Below are positions 31,665 to 42,208 of a stretch of 64,000 nucleotides of DNA, one piece after another. The position numbers were made by a program, and so were the translations under genes. Numbering within the stretch: the stretch's first letter is position 1; the number at the start of each line of letters is the position of its first letter. A model generated the notes under the pieces. It saw only the letters and a program-made list of their open reading frames with translations, was not told where the DNA came from and ran no database searches. Source of the DNA: Planctomycetota bacterium (GTDB lineage Bacteria > Planctomycetota > UBA8108 > SXIK01); assembly GCA_965223265.1 (NCBI GenBank), contig OZ244999.1, positions 7,872,001-7,936,000 on the forward strand, in the 5' to 3' direction.

Positions 31665-31740
31665 GCCGCGCCACGCGCGCGCCGCAACGATACGCGCACG
31701 GTTTTGCGCGGCTGTGTCTGATCCTCGGGGCTTGGCGGCT

Positions 31741-34179
31741 TCACGTCTCGCGATGGAGGTGGTGCGAAACGGCGTCGAAGATACCCGGCGCCAGCCCAAG
31801 CCCGGAGAGGAGCTCGTCACGCCCATCGGCGGAGACGAGGCGATGGCGGGCATCAAATACGATCTCTTGCGCCCGCTCCATGAACGCACTCACACCGAGC
31901 TCGCGACTGAGGTCGATGAGCTCCAGCGTCGTCTTCAACTCGGCCGGCGCCGGATCGGCGATCAACCGGCTGACGGCGTCTGACAGCATCTCGCCGAAGA
32001 TCTTGCTCGACCAGCGAGTCTCGATGCGATAGCCCCGACGACGAACTTCCGCAGCGATCTCAAGCGCTGCCTCGTATCGCGACGGATCGAGACTGCGGTT
32101 TTGGCGTCGGATCTCATCCTCGAACCGCTTTCCGAGAGTGAACTCGGCGGCGACTCGTAGCTCCGCCGGGATCTCGAACCCGGCGCTGTGCAGCATCTCA
32201 AGTGTGCGATGATTCTCCTGATAGAGGTGCGCGTACTCCTCGGAAAAGCGTCGGATCAGATTCTCGAAAACGATTTTCGAAATCCTCGCCCGACCATCCG
32301 GCAAGACATGCTCAAGCCCATACTCGTCGGGACCGAATTCCTGCTCAGTCATGCGCAGGATGCGCGGCAACGGATCTTTGTGGTAGGACGCCCACAGATC
32401 GGTTTCGCCGCGGCGAAACCGATCCATTCCCGGGAAGGGCCTAACCGCACAATAGAAGTCTACTCCGCCGAAATGAATCGCCGCAAAAATCGCGTCCAGC
32501 TGCTTCGTAGTTCGTCGCGCCTCGAGACAAACACGTCCTGTCGATAGCGTCAGCCGCCCCAAGCGCTGGCGGCGAGAGTCGCGAATCTCGTAGGAGTGGT
32601 CGTAGATCTCACCGCGCTGAGCCGGCGCTTCTACGAGAGTTGAAAAAGCGATGTTCGCAACAATGCCTCGGCGGGTGACGCGCGACGGATTGACGAAACG
32701 GCGAAAGATGTCCGCACCGTTGCCATACTCGGAGACGTTGCTCTCGGCGACCGAGAGGCGGTCGAGAAAGTCGTCGCGGATGGATTCTTTGCCGCTCTCG
32801 TCCCACAGATCCAGGACGCGACCGGCATACTTCATCACCTGCAGCGTCTCGATCCCTGAAAGATCCGAGAAAAACCATCCACAACTCGTGTACATGAGGA
32901 GAGCATGCCGCTGCATTTCAAGCAGCGTCAGCACTCGCGATTGATCCGCGGCACGCAGCCGCCGGCCGACGAACCGGCGCAGGAAGTCTTCTGGTGGTAC
33001 TGTCGCGTCGAGAAGGACGTCAACGTACGCATCTCGCACATCCCACGGGTTCTCAAACAGTTCCGATGCATCGGTGGCAAAAAGGTCGGCCGCCCGATCT
33101 CTCAGATGATCGAGGGCTTCGCGTAGCGGTCCGCGCCAGGCTTGATTCCACCCCATTTGTCCACCGGTGTTACAGCCACAATCGCGGCACCAGCGCCCGA
33201 CTCCGTGGGCGCAGCTCCAGGCGGTGCCTTCACCGTTCGGACCGGCTTTAATTTCGACTTCGTGTGTCGGCGGGTGATGCTCAAGGTACTCGCCATAGTT
33301 TGTGATCCAGAATCCGCGTGCAACCGCTTCATGCTCGAGCGCATAAGCGAGTGAGCGATCGCCAAAGTGAAAATGGTGCCCGTAGCTTTCTCCGTCCGTC
33401 GCGGTCTGCACGATGCGCCCCTCGCCGCCGTGCGACCGGCTGAGCAAATCCACAAGCGCCTGACTGCTGGAGAGCCCGCCTTCGAACGCAATGGCGCGGG
33501 CGATCGTGCCGTCGTAAAAGAAAACCGCGATCGAGCGCCCAGATCCGTCGCGATGCATGTACTTGTAGGCGATACCGGGGTCGATGCTGCCATCGCTGAC
33601 GTCACGCCAGTCGCTGCCGCCTCCCGAACGCACCCGCTCGGCTTGGTGCGGCGAAAGAATAACGTACTTCAGTCCCTCGTCGATGAGCGCCTCGATCGTA
33701 TCGTTGTCGCAAGCGGTTTCGGAAAGCCAGAGGGACTCCGGCTCACGCTTGAAGCGCCAACGAAAATCCGCCATGCCCCAGCGGATTTGGGTGCGCCGGT
33801 CTCGCTCGTTAGCAAGCGGCAGGATCATGTGGTTGTACGCTTGAGCAATCGCGTTGCCATGACCACCATGCCGTTTGCAGCTCTGCCGATCCGCCTCAAG
33901 AATGCGCCTGTAGACGCGGGGATGAGTCTCCTCAATCCAGGAGAGGAGCGTCGGTCCGAAGTTAAAACTGATGTTCGTGTAGTTGTTGACGATGCCCGAG
34001 ACGCGGCCGTAGCCATCAACGATGCGCGCGTAGGCATTCGCTCGGTAGCACTCGCTGTAGATCCGTTCGTTCCAGTTGTGAAACGGCGCCGCACTTTCTT
34101 CCCTCTCCACAAGTCCGGTCCAGGGATTCTCACGCGGCGGCTGATAGAAATGACCGTGAATCACAAGTGCTGTTGTCAT
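31741..34179 (-). CDS. Glycoside hydrolase family 57 with DUF3536
   Basis: HGHFYQPPRENPW, WLSET, ATDGESYGHH, WSCAHGVGRW, MYTSCGWFF. Confidence 0.92.
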   Translation of the reverse strand: MTTALVIHGHFYQPPRENPWTGLVEREESAAPFHNWNERIYSECYRANAYARIVDGYGRVSGIVNNYTNISFNFGPTLLSWIEETHPRVYRRILEADRQSCKRHGGHGNAIAQAYNHMILPLANERDRRTQIRWGMADFRWRFKREPESLWLSETACDNDTIEALIDEGLKYVILSPHQAERVRSGGGSDWRDVSDGSIDPGIAYKYMHRDGSGRSIAVFFYDGTIARAIAFEGGLSSSQALVDLLSRSHGGEGRIVQTATDGESYGHHFHFGDRSLAYALEHEAVARGFWITNYGEYLEHHPPTHEVEIKAGPNGEGTAWSCAHGVGRWCRDCGCNTGGQMGWNQAWRGPLREALDHLRDRAADLFATDASELFENPWDVRDAYVDVLLDATVPPEDFLRRFVGRRLRAADQSRVLTLLEMQRHALLMYTSCGWFFSDLSGIETLQVMKYAGRVLDLWDESGKESIRDDFLDRLSVAESNVSEYGNGADIFRRFVNPSRVTRRGIVANIAFSTLVEAPAQRGEIYDHSYEIRDSRRQRLGRLTLSTGRVCLEARRTTKQLDAIFAAIHFGGVDFYCAVRPFPGMDRFRRGETDLWASYHKDPLPRILRMTEQEFGPDEYGLEHVLPDGRARISKIVFENLIRRFSEEYAHLYQENHRTLEMLHSAGFEIPAELRVAAEFTLGKRFEDEIRRQNRSLDPSRYEAALEIAAEVRRRGYRIETRWSSKIFGEMLSDAVSRLIADPAPAELKTTLELIDLSRELGVSAFMERAQEIVFDARHRLVSADGRDELLSGLGLAPGIFDAVSHHLHRET

Positions 34180-34336
34180 GGCGGAGGCTGCGCATGGGGT
34201 TTCGCCGACGGGCGGCTGATGAGTCGACAAGGTCGACGGCGATGGGTCGTGCCTGACTCGCGGCTGGACTCGTGGACCTCAGATTGAACGATTCCACTGA
34301 CCCAACCACTCCTGATAACGTCGGCACATGGAGCTT

Positions 34337-36010
34337 TCATTCTGAGTCGAGGCCGATAAGACGAAGAAGTCCGCGAAGCGGCACGTGGATCCAGTACGGC
34401 CGGTGGTCGAGCTCGTATCCTACTTCGTAGAGAACCTTCTCCAGTTGAAACGCCTCAAGCCACGCGGTCGACGCGGCGGCATCCGCAGGCAAAAGGTTCG
34501 TCCCTTCAAGCTGCTCGCGGTGCGTCGACACGAAACGGCAGCACACCGCGCGCTCCCAATCGCTCGCGAGCGACGCCAGCTCGGGTCGTTGATGACTGGC
34601 GACGGCCGCGGCGTAGGAAAACGACCGCAGCATGCCCGCAAGGTCGCGAAACACCAGCGAGCGACGTCGCCGCTCCGCGGCGCTTCGGTTCGGTTCGCCC
34701 TCGAAATCGAGCACCCAGACTCGCTCGTCGCGCCAGAGAACTTGGCCGAGGTGGAAGTCGCCATGGCAGCGGATCGCCATGATCGGCTCGAAGCCGAGCG
34801 GATCGATGGCAGCCAGCTCAGAGAGTGGCCGCCGCAGCCGCTCTTCCTCACCAAGGAGGCGCTGGATCAATTCACGCGCCGGCGGCGCCGCGGTGCGCTC
34901 CACGCCTCGCAGCCGCTCGACCAGCGCCGCGATCTGCGCGTCAAGCTCTTCGATCATGCGGGTGCGGTCCGAAGCAGCCAGCTGCTGCGGACGCATCTCC
35001 GGGCTGGTCGCGCGTCCAAACGCTAGATGAAACGCCGCGGTCGAGATCGCGAGCTGGTCGACGAAACGCGGGGACTGTGGCATGAGCGCGCTGCTCATCG
35101 GCGGAACATGACTCGCCACGGCGCGCGTCGGGGCGTCGTCGCGATCGCTCGCGTCATCTGCTGCAGAGTCCAGAAAACTGCTGAGGTTTCGCTGCGTCAG
35201 AGCCCAGCCATCCTCAGCACCCTCGATGTATTGCGAGATGACCGCCAACGTCGAACAGCTGCCATCGCTCGCTGTGAACTCGAGCGTGCGGTGGAGGCGT
35301 GGTACACAGGCGACACCCGTCGACGAGAGATAGTTCGTCAGCTCAACCTCTGGGTGAACTCCGGCGGTCAACCGCCGGTAAATCTTGAGCAAGCGATCAC
35401 TCCCAATCCGAACAAGAGAATTGCTCGAATCCACGTCTTGAGGCATCAACCGTTCGACACTTTCGTCGCTGTCGCCCGACGTCGCGCCACCACAGGCGCG
35501 CCAACGAAGCTCGCCGTCTGCTGTCTTGATCGGCTCGTCGCAGCGAGTCGCGACGAGCGCCGCCAGCCCTTGCTCTGCTACTGCGTCCAGGAGCAGCGCC
35601 GCATGACTACCGAGTTCCACCGTGCCGACGATCAACGCCGAGCGATCCCCGATCGAGTCAGCATGTTCGATCGCAGCGCCGTCACCTGCGCGCCCGCCGG
35701 CGGGAAGCACTGGACTCAACGACAGAGGAACGAAATAGCGCACTTCCTCCCCGCCTGCTGCAACGACTCGACAAACCGAAACGAACAATGCTCCTCCTGT
35801 CCGCCGTTCGACACGGTGCCAAACCTCGACAGTGACGTCGAGTGAATCGGCATCGCTATCGAGGAACCACCTCTTCCCGCATAGAAAGTGAGGCAAAGCA
35901 TGCCGCTCGAGCCATCGACGCACGGACTCGTCGAGACGGTCGAGACTCGCTTCTGAGGTGGAGAGAGGTGGGCTATCTCCCGACGGCACGTCCGCGTCGT
36001 TCGAGTTCAT
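34337..36010 (-). CDS. mak: Maltokinase (Mak/Pep2-like)
   Basis: KRWF N-terminal cap, SNSLV, LKIYRRL..G.HPEVE, HGDFHLGQVL, DFEGEP, DLAGMLRSF, KVLYEVGYEL..RP.W. Confidence 0.85.
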   Translation of the reverse strand: MNSNDADVPSGDSPPLSTSEASLDRLDESVRRWLERHALPHFLCGKRWFLDSDADSLDVTVEVWHRVERRTGGALFVSVCRVVAAGGEEVRYFVPLSLSPVLPAGGRAGDGAAIEHADSIGDRSALIVGTVELGSHAALLLDAVAEQGLAALVATRCDEPIKTADGELRWRACGGATSGDSDESVERLMPQDVDSSNSLVRIGSDRLLKIYRRLTAGVHPEVELTNYLSSTGVACVPRLHRTLEFTASDGSCSTLAVISQYIEGAEDGWALTQRNLSSFLDSAADDASDRDDAPTRAVASHVPPMSSALMPQSPRFVDQLAISTAAFHLAFGRATSPEMRPQQLAASDRTRMIEELDAQIAALVERLRGVERTAAPPARELIQRLLGEEERLRRPLSELAAIDPLGFEPIMAIRCHGDFHLGQVLWRDERVWVLDFEGEPNRSAAERRRRSLVFRDLAGMLRSFSYAAAVASHQRPELASLASDWERAVCCRFVSTHREQLEGTNLLPADAAASTAWLEAFQLEKVLYEVGYELDHRPYWIHVPLRGLLRLIGLDSE

Positions 36011-36029
36011 TTCGCTGTCCGCAAAGCCT

Positions 36030-37292
36030 TCAACTGAGCCACTCCTCCCCCGATCCCGCGACAGCTGCACCAAGCTCGAACGCCGAGGCTGCTTGGTGGA
36101 CGATTTCGATCGCGATGCTGAGCGACGCGGTTGCCGCCGGGGACGGCGCGTTGCACACATGCAGGAATCGCGGCCGCGCCACGATAACGAAGTCATCGAC
36201 CATTTCGCCACTGGGACGGATTGCTTGGGCCCGCACGCCCGAGCCGCCGGGGACGAGATCGTCGACTTGAATCTCCGGGATCAAACGAGCGAGCGCGGCG
36301 ACGAACGCCCGCTTGCTGAATGACCTCGCCAGCTCTCCCATCCCGGTGCGCCAGTATTTCAGCGCCATACGCCAAAACCCGCCGTACCCAAGCGTCTCGA
36401 ACATGTCACCGAGACGAATCTGCGACTTTCGGTACCCCTCGCGTGCAAGAGCGAGCACCGCATTCGGTCCAGCTTCGACGCCGCCGTGCACCAGGCGGGT
36501 GAAGTGAACACCCAGAAAAGGGAAGCGTGGATCTGGAACGGGGTAGATCAACGCGCGGACGAGATCGTGGCGATGCGCTGCCAGTTCGTAGTATTCGCCA
36601 CGGAACGGGACGATCTTCATCTCAGGGGCGGCGCCTTCGAGCCGAGCGACGCGATCTGAGTGCAGCCCGGCGCAGTTGACGACGAAACGCGCTCTCAAGG
36701 GATCGCGATTCGTTTCGAGAACGACTCCGTCCGCTTCATGACGCACTCTACTCACCTTGGTCTCGAGGCGCACTTGACCGCCGCAGCCGCGGAACAGCTC
36801 ACCGAACCGCTCGGCGACGCGGCAGTAGTCGATGATCCCAGCGCTCGGCACGTGGAGAGCCTGCACCCCCGCAACGTGCGGCTCGATCTCCCGCAGTCGT
36901 TCGGGGCCGATCAATGACACACCTGGAACGCCGTTCGCTTTGCCGCGTCGGTGCAGCTCTTCGAGGCGCGGCAACTCCGATGCGTCGACGGCGACCACAA
37001 CCTTGCCACAAACTTCGAAGGCAATCTCATGACGGCGACAAAACTCCTTCATGAGCTCCGCGCCAGTGACGCAGTTGTGAGCCTTACGTGATCCAGGCTT
37101 GTAGTAGAGGCCAGAGTGAATGACGCCGCTATTGTGTCCCGTCTGGTGCTGCGCTAGCCCGGACTCCTTCTCGAGCACGACGAGACGCAAGTCGGGATAG
37201 CACCTACTCAGTCGGTACGCAGTCGCGAGTCCGACGATACCGCCGCCGACGACGGCGATGTCAGCGTGATGTTCCGGTGGTGCCGCGCTCAT
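36030..37292 (-). CDS. lhgO: L-2-hydroxyglutarate oxidase family FAD enzyme
   Basis: GGGIVG, HQTGHNSGVIHSG.YY.PGS.KA, PFLGVH, GVRAQA, NAPSPAAT. Confidence 0.9.
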   Translation of the reverse strand: MSAAPPEHHADIAVVGGGIVGLATAYRLSRCYPDLRLVVLEKESGLAQHQTGHNSGVIHSGLYYKPGSRKAHNCVTGAELMKEFCRRHEIAFEVCGKVVVAVDASELPRLEELHRRGKANGVPGVSLIGPERLREIEPHVAGVQALHVPSAGIIDYCRVAERFGELFRGCGGQVRLETKVSRVRHEADGVVLETNRDPLRARFVVNCAGLHSDRVARLEGAAPEMKIVPFRGEYYELAAHRHDLVRALIYPVPDPRFPFLGVHFTRLVHGGVEAGPNAVLALAREGYRKSQIRLGDMFETLGYGGFWRMALKYWRTGMGELARSFSKRAFVAALARLIPEIQVDDLVPGGSGVRAQAIRPSGEMVDDFVIVARPRFLHVCNAPSPAATASLSIAIEIVHQAASAFELGAAVAGSGEEWLS

Positions 37293-37366
37293 GAGTCCGC
37301 GTATCATAGATCCATTGGGTCTCCCTCCACAGCTTTTTCCACCGCTAGTAGTGCAGGTGTTTTGCA

Positions 37367-39214
37367 ATGCGCCGATCGACGCCGACACGCCTTTCCCGAC
37401 GCCACTTTCTCGTTAACTCAGCACTCGGTGTCGGAGGTGCAGCCGTTGCACTGCCAGCAATGGGTGCGCCGGTCCCGGATGGCCCGCCACCGTCTTCGCG
37501 GCGCGGGGATGTCGTCAACGTGGCTGCGATCACGACGGAGTACAGGCCGTGGTCCCACGCCGACGTGATCATCGGCCGCTTCATCCAGGGGTATAGCTTG
37601 GACGTCGAACCAAGCTGGACGCCTGTCAAGGTCCGCGCGCTCTACGTCGAGCAGTTTCCCGAAACGGATCTCAGCCGTGCCATCTGCAAGGCTTATGGAG
37701 TGCCGATCGTGCGTTCAATTCGTGAAGCGATTCTCGATGCGCGCGGCGGGTTGGCCGTCGACGGCGTGCTGCTGATCGGCGAACACGGACGCTATCCGTA
37801 CAACGACCGCGGCCAGCATCTCTACCCGCGGCGGCGGTTCTTCGACGAAACCGTGGCGGCGTTCAAAGAAGCAGGCGCGGTCGTTCCTGTCTTCAACGAC
37901 AAGCATCTGGCGCCGCTGTGGGAAGACTCGAAACACATGTACGAGACGGCGAAGGCGATGGAGATTCCTTTCATGGCCGGTTCGTCTTTGCCGCTTGCGT
38001 GGCGGCGGCCGTGGGTTGAGATTCCCCTGGGGTCTGAGATCGAAGAAGCGGTTGGCGTTGGTTATGGCGGCATCGAAGCGTACGGATTCCACGCCCTCGA
38101 AACGATGCAGTGCATGCTCGAGCGGCGTGCCAACGGCGAGAGCGGCGTGCGTGCCGTTCAGTGTCTGGAGGGTGAAGAAGTGTGGAAGGCGATGGACGCC
38201 GGGCGGTTTTCGCGCGAGCTCCTCGAATCGGCACTTTCAAGACACTCACCGCCACTCACACGCAACTACCGCCAGGCGGACCGGACGGCAGCGTTTTTCA
38301 TCGAATACGTCGATGGACTTCGTGCTACATGCGTCATGCTGCCGAGTCTAGCGTCGAACTTCCTCTTCTCGGCGCGGCTGAAAGGCTACCGTGAACCGGT
38401 GTCAACACTCGCTTGGCTGCAGGAGCCTCGGTTCGGACACTTCTCGTACTTGTCGAACGCGATCATCCGCATGTTCATGACGGGAAAGCCCTCCTACCCC
38501 GCCGAGCGCACCGTGATCACCTCGGGGGTCATCGCGCGCGCGATGGATTCTCGAGCCGAGAACCACCGACGCATCGAGACTCCCGATCTCGCCATCAGCT
38601 ACGAGCCGATCGACAACGAAATGGGCGCCTATCGCCACCCTGACGCTGCGAATGATCGCCACGGCGGTTGGATCGAGCTCTTCAACGGCGAGAACCTCGA
38701 CGGCTGGTTAGTGCGCGACTACAAGCACAAGCCGCGCTGGGAGGTGAAGGATGGCATTCTCACCGGAAGCGGCGGACAGGGCTACATTGCGACCATGGAG
38801 GAGTTCTCCGACTTTGAACTCTTCGCCGAGGTGAACATCTCTGACACCGCCGGCGGACGAGGTAACAGCGGCATCTACTTTCGCTGCCAGTTTCACGACG
38901 ACCTAACGGTTGAGTACCCGCGTGGCTACGAGGCTCAGTGCGACCACGGCGATGCCGCGAACCCGACCGGCAGCATCTACAACCTCGGCCGCCGGGGTGC
39001 ACGCGCCGATCTGCCGAAGGTCGCGGACGGCGAATGGTTCACGCTACGCATCAAGGCCGAAGGCAAGCGGATCCGCACTTGGGTCAACGGTGCGGCGGCC
39101 GTCGACTGCATGGACGACGCGCATCGATACCGGAGCGGCTACATTCTGCTGCAGCAGCACCATCGAAGTGGTCTCGTTCGTGTCCGCGAACTACGCATCC
39201 GCCGGTTGGGCTAA
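37367..39214 (+). CDS. Tat-exported fusion: uncharacterised oxidoreductase-like domain + DUF1080 (3-keto-disaccharide hydrolase) domain
   Basis: SRRHFL; GEHG.YP, FNDKHL, AGSSLP, YGFHALE; C-terminal LFNGENLDGW, GNSGIYF, YEAQ, TGSIY, WVNG, LQQH. Confidence 0.8.
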   Translation: MRRSTPTRLSRRHFLVNSALGVGGAAVALPAMGAPVPDGPPPSSRRGDVVNVAAITTEYRPWSHADVIIGRFIQGYSLDVEPSWTPVKVRALYVEQFPETDLSRAICKAYGVPIVRSIREAILDARGGLAVDGVLLIGEHGRYPYNDRGQHLYPRRRFFDETVAAFKEAGAVVPVFNDKHLAPLWEDSKHMYETAKAMEIPFMAGSSLPLAWRRPWVEIPLGSEIEEAVGVGYGGIEAYGFHALETMQCMLERRANGESGVRAVQCLEGEEVWKAMDAGRFSRELLESALSRHSPPLTRNYRQADRTAAFFIEYVDGLRATCVMLPSLASNFLFSARLKGYREPVSTLAWLQEPRFGHFSYLSNAIIRMFMTGKPSYPAERTVITSGVIARAMDSRAENHRRIETPDLAISYEPIDNEMGAYRHPDAANDRHGGWIELFNGENLDGWLVRDYKHKPRWEVKDGILTGSGGQGYIATMEEFSDFELFAEVNISDTAGGRGNSGIYFRCQFHDDLTVEYPRGYEAQCDHGDAANPTGSIYNLGRRGARADLPKVADGEWFTLRIKAEGKRIRTWVNGAAAVDCMDDAHRYRSGYILLQQHHRSGLVRVRELRIRRLG

Positions 39215-39298
39215 CGGGCCCGGCCCAGACAAACAGCAGCGCCGCCGCGGGAAAGCAGCCAAGCCCATATCTGCTTGGCGCCGCTTGTCGCGCGACGT

Positions 39299-40915
39299 CT
39301 ACATGGATCGCGTCTTCATCTCCGCAGGCATCTCCAGCTCCTGCTCGTACGTTCGCCCGCGGATCGGCGCCTCGCGATGAGCGCACGCCTTGTCGTATAG
39401 GAGGTTTCCCCACGGCGTCGGATACTTACCGGTCAGGCAACCAAGGCAAAGCTGGTTCTCGCCCGCCCCCATGGCATGGACGAGCTGGCGCACAGTTAAG
39501 TAGCGCAGGCTGTCGGTGCCGAGTTCACGCGAGAGAGTCTTCAATTCCTGAGGACTCAAATCGTCACCGCCAGTGCGGCCAAGAAAACGCGGCGCGAATA
39601 GCTCGCTGACCGTCGACATGTCGATACCGTAACTGCACGGCGCCATGATCGGGGGACAAGCGACGCGCACGTGCACCTCGCGGGCGCGACCCTGCTCACG
39701 AAGCATCCGCACGATCACCCGCAGCGTCGTCGAACGAACGATACTGTCCTCGACAAGAAAGACCCGCTTACCGGCCAAAACTTCAGGCAAAGCCGAGAAC
39801 TTCCGCATGACTCGCTCGGTCCGATTGCGACCTTCGATGAAAGTACGTCCGACGTATCGGTTTCTGATCAACCCCTCACGCGAAGGAATCCCAAGTCGGT
39901 ACGCCATGGCGTCGCATGCGGCTTTGGCGGTGTCGGGGACAGGCACGGCAACGCAATCTTCGGGATCGGTGTCGCGATCCTCGGAAGCAGCAAGTGCCTC
40001 GCCGAGTTGCGTTCGCGTCAAGTAGACCGCTCGACCGTTGATGTTTGACGCCACGTTCGAGAAGTAGACGTGCTCGAAGAAACAAAAAGCGCGGCGCGGT
40101 GCCTCTGCGAAGGTCGCGGTCCGTACGCCCTCGGCGGTGACGTGGACGAGAGTGCCAGGCTCGACCTCACGAACGTCCGAAAAGCCGCGGTTCTGAAGCG
40201 CGACGCTTTCCGATGCCGCCGCGAAAAGGTTTCCCTTGATGGCGTAGCAGAGCGGTCGAAAGCCGTAGGGATCGCGAGCCACGACCAAGTCGCCGTCGCC
40301 GTTCAAGAAGACGAGGCTGTAGGCACCGTCGATATGGTAGGCGATCTGTTGCAGCACCTGCACTACGTCCGGCTTCTGCGGTCGTTCGAGCGCGTAACAG
40401 ATGTGGTGCTGGAGGATCTCTGTGTCGCTCTCGCGCACGAGGTGATAGCCCTTCTCGACAAGCTCGCTTCGCAGCTGCGAGTAGTTGGCGACGTTGCCAT
40501 TGAAACCGAATGCGAACCACTTCCACTTGCGTCCATGCGAGACTTCGAACGGCTGAGCGTAGGATGGGTCATCGCGGCCGCAAGTGGCGTACCGCACATG
40601 GCCGATCCCCGCTCGTCCCGAATACTCGCTGAGGATCGACTCGAATTTCGCCGGGTCCGGGAGTGTCAGATGAAAAACGTCGCTGACGCTGCCGACCTGT
40701 TTGTACGTATCGATGACCTGCGCCGCATGCTCATTGTAGCGGGTGATCCCCGCCGCGAGTTGACCCCGATTCTGCAGGTCGATGAGCATGTCAGGAAGGA
40801 GGCGCACGACGTTGACACCGGCCTCCACGAACTCTCCCGGCTCGGCGTCGTCGGGGACGTGATCCATACGGTAAACCGCGGCAACGCCGCACTCATCGTG
40901 AATCGGATCAAGCAC
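39299..40915 (-). CDS. purF: Amidophosphoribosyltransferase (Fe-S type, short propeptide)
   Basis: HDE/CG N-terminus, LQNRGQ, GHVRYAT, FCFFEHVYF, VEDSIVRSTT, PCSYGIDM, CLGC. Confidence 0.95.
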   Translation of the reverse strand: MLDPIHDECGVAAVYRMDHVPDDAEPGEFVEAGVNVVRLLPDMLIDLQNRGQLAAGITRYNEHAAQVIDTYKQVGSVSDVFHLTLPDPAKFESILSEYSGRAGIGHVRYATCGRDDPSYAQPFEVSHGRKWKWFAFGFNGNVANYSQLRSELVEKGYHLVRESDTEILQHHICYALERPQKPDVVQVLQQIAYHIDGAYSLVFLNGDGDLVVARDPYGFRPLCYAIKGNLFAAASESVALQNRGFSDVREVEPGTLVHVTAEGVRTATFAEAPRRAFCFFEHVYFSNVASNINGRAVYLTRTQLGEALAASEDRDTDPEDCVAVPVPDTAKAACDAMAYRLGIPSREGLIRNRYVGRTFIEGRNRTERVMRKFSALPEVLAGKRVFLVEDSIVRSTTLRVIVRMLREQGRAREVHVRVACPPIMAPCSYGIDMSTVSELFAPRFLGRTGGDDLSPQELKTLSRELGTDSLRYLTVRQLVHAMGAGENQLCLGCLTGKYPTPWGNLLYDKACAHREAPIRGRTYEQELEMPAEMKTRSM

Positions 40916-41273
40916 TGCTCACCCTTTTCGTTGCTGCTCAAGGCGTTGAGGCCCGTCGCGATCGCCGCGAGGAGGCCGGGTGGAGAACCGGGGTGCTGAA
41001 TGTACCGCGTAAAGAGACCGCCGACAAGGCACGAAACCCTTCTTGGACCCGAGCGCCTGAAAAAAATGGTCTCCGTCCCAAACGCTGCAATCAAACGGCA
41101 AGTCAGAGCCACGATGGCGTCAATGCCGGTGTTTCGGGACGCCGCCGCGGGCGGCTCTCACGTCTCTCGTGGCGTGCCACTGGCCGCGCCGAGCGCGCTT
41201 CGGCGCTTCACGGTCGTTTTCTGCGGGCGCGGGGTCAGTGCGTGTTCGGTATCCGATAGCCGCCGAGTCGGCT

Positions 41274-42080
41274 TCACGAGCGGTTCGAGGACGCCGCGAA
41301 CGTGCTGCGCGTCAACTCTTCGCGATAATCGTCGACCCACGTTTGCAACCGCTTGCCAGGACAATCTGTCGTCCCGAGCCCATGTAGTGCACGAATCTCC
41401 CGGTGTGTGTAGACCTCGCCCGGCGCGATCGAAAAGCGTTCCCGCAGACGGTCTAGGCATCGCTTGAGCGCCAATGTCTGGGCGGAGGTGAGTCGCTGTC
41501 GGTCGAAGTTTCCGAGCGCCAGTACGCCCACATTGCCGACATTCGCGCCACCGGGTCCGGCGTGGGCGCCGACAAGGTCGAGTGACCGTCCCTGCCACAC
41601 GCGCCCGGCGCGGTCGACGATCAGATGGTAGCCAATGTCGACCCACCGTCGTTTCTGTTGGTGATTCTGTTGAATGCCTCGGATCAGCCGCGCGGTGGCC
41701 TCCCGCTCGTCCGACGAGACGTCCCGGTCGCCGACGTGGTGCACGGTGACGCGACGTGGGGAGGTTAACGGCTCGGTGGCGTCGCTCACCGGCTTCGCCT
41801 TCCAGTCCTCGCGTGACAAATCGAAAAACGGTGAGCTCGAACGCGAAATCCTCACGGCGCGATGATCGTCCCCGCTCGGCGCTGAGGTTTCGCCTAGATC
41901 CGCCGTCACGGCGCGCCGTTCGCGCCCGCGCCAAAACACAAAGTAACCAGAAGATGCCGCGATGGTGAGAGCCAACGTCAGCCACGCACCGAGGGAGGGT
42001 GCGCGAGCGTTTGGCGGACCGACTCGGACGCCATCGGTCGGCTCAGCTTCGCGCTCGATTTTCTCTTCGTCTTGATTCAC
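41274..42080 (-). CDS. Membrane-anchored PGRP-type N-acetylmuramoyl-L-alanine amidase (Amidase_2)
   Basis: VTVHH, DIGYH, GAHA, LGNF, THRE, TDCPG; N-terminal TM segment. Confidence 0.88.
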   Translation of the reverse strand: MNQDEEKIEREAEPTDGVRVGPPNARAPSLGAWLTLALTIAASSGYFVFWRGRERRAVTADLGETSAPSGDDHRAVRISRSSSPFFDLSREDWKAKPVSDATEPLTSPRRVTVHHVGDRDVSSDEREATARLIRGIQQNHQQKRRWVDIGYHLIVDRAGRVWQGRSLDLVGAHAGPGGANVGNVGVLALGNFDRQRLTSAQTLALKRCLDRLRERFSIAPGEVYTHREIRALHGLGTTDCPGKRLQTWVDDYREELTRSTFAASSNRS

Positions 42081-42208
42081 GTTCGCTTCCCCTCAAACAG
42101 CCGCCGGCACGAATCCTCCCGCGGCGCCATCACTCTATCGAGCGGCCGAAGAAAAACAACACGGCGGCGACCGATGCTCTGCTGACGTTCGTAACGAAAA
42201 CGTGCGGG

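Noticed and set aside
34196-34245. Hammerhead-like CUGAUGA followed by a GUCGAC/GUCGAC stem
   Set aside because: The required GAAA after stem II is GGCG, so the catalytic core is incomplete.
40916-41273. Purine-related riboswitch upstream of purF
   Set aside because: No recognisable guanine, ZTP or PRPP consensus by eye; needs an Rfam scan.
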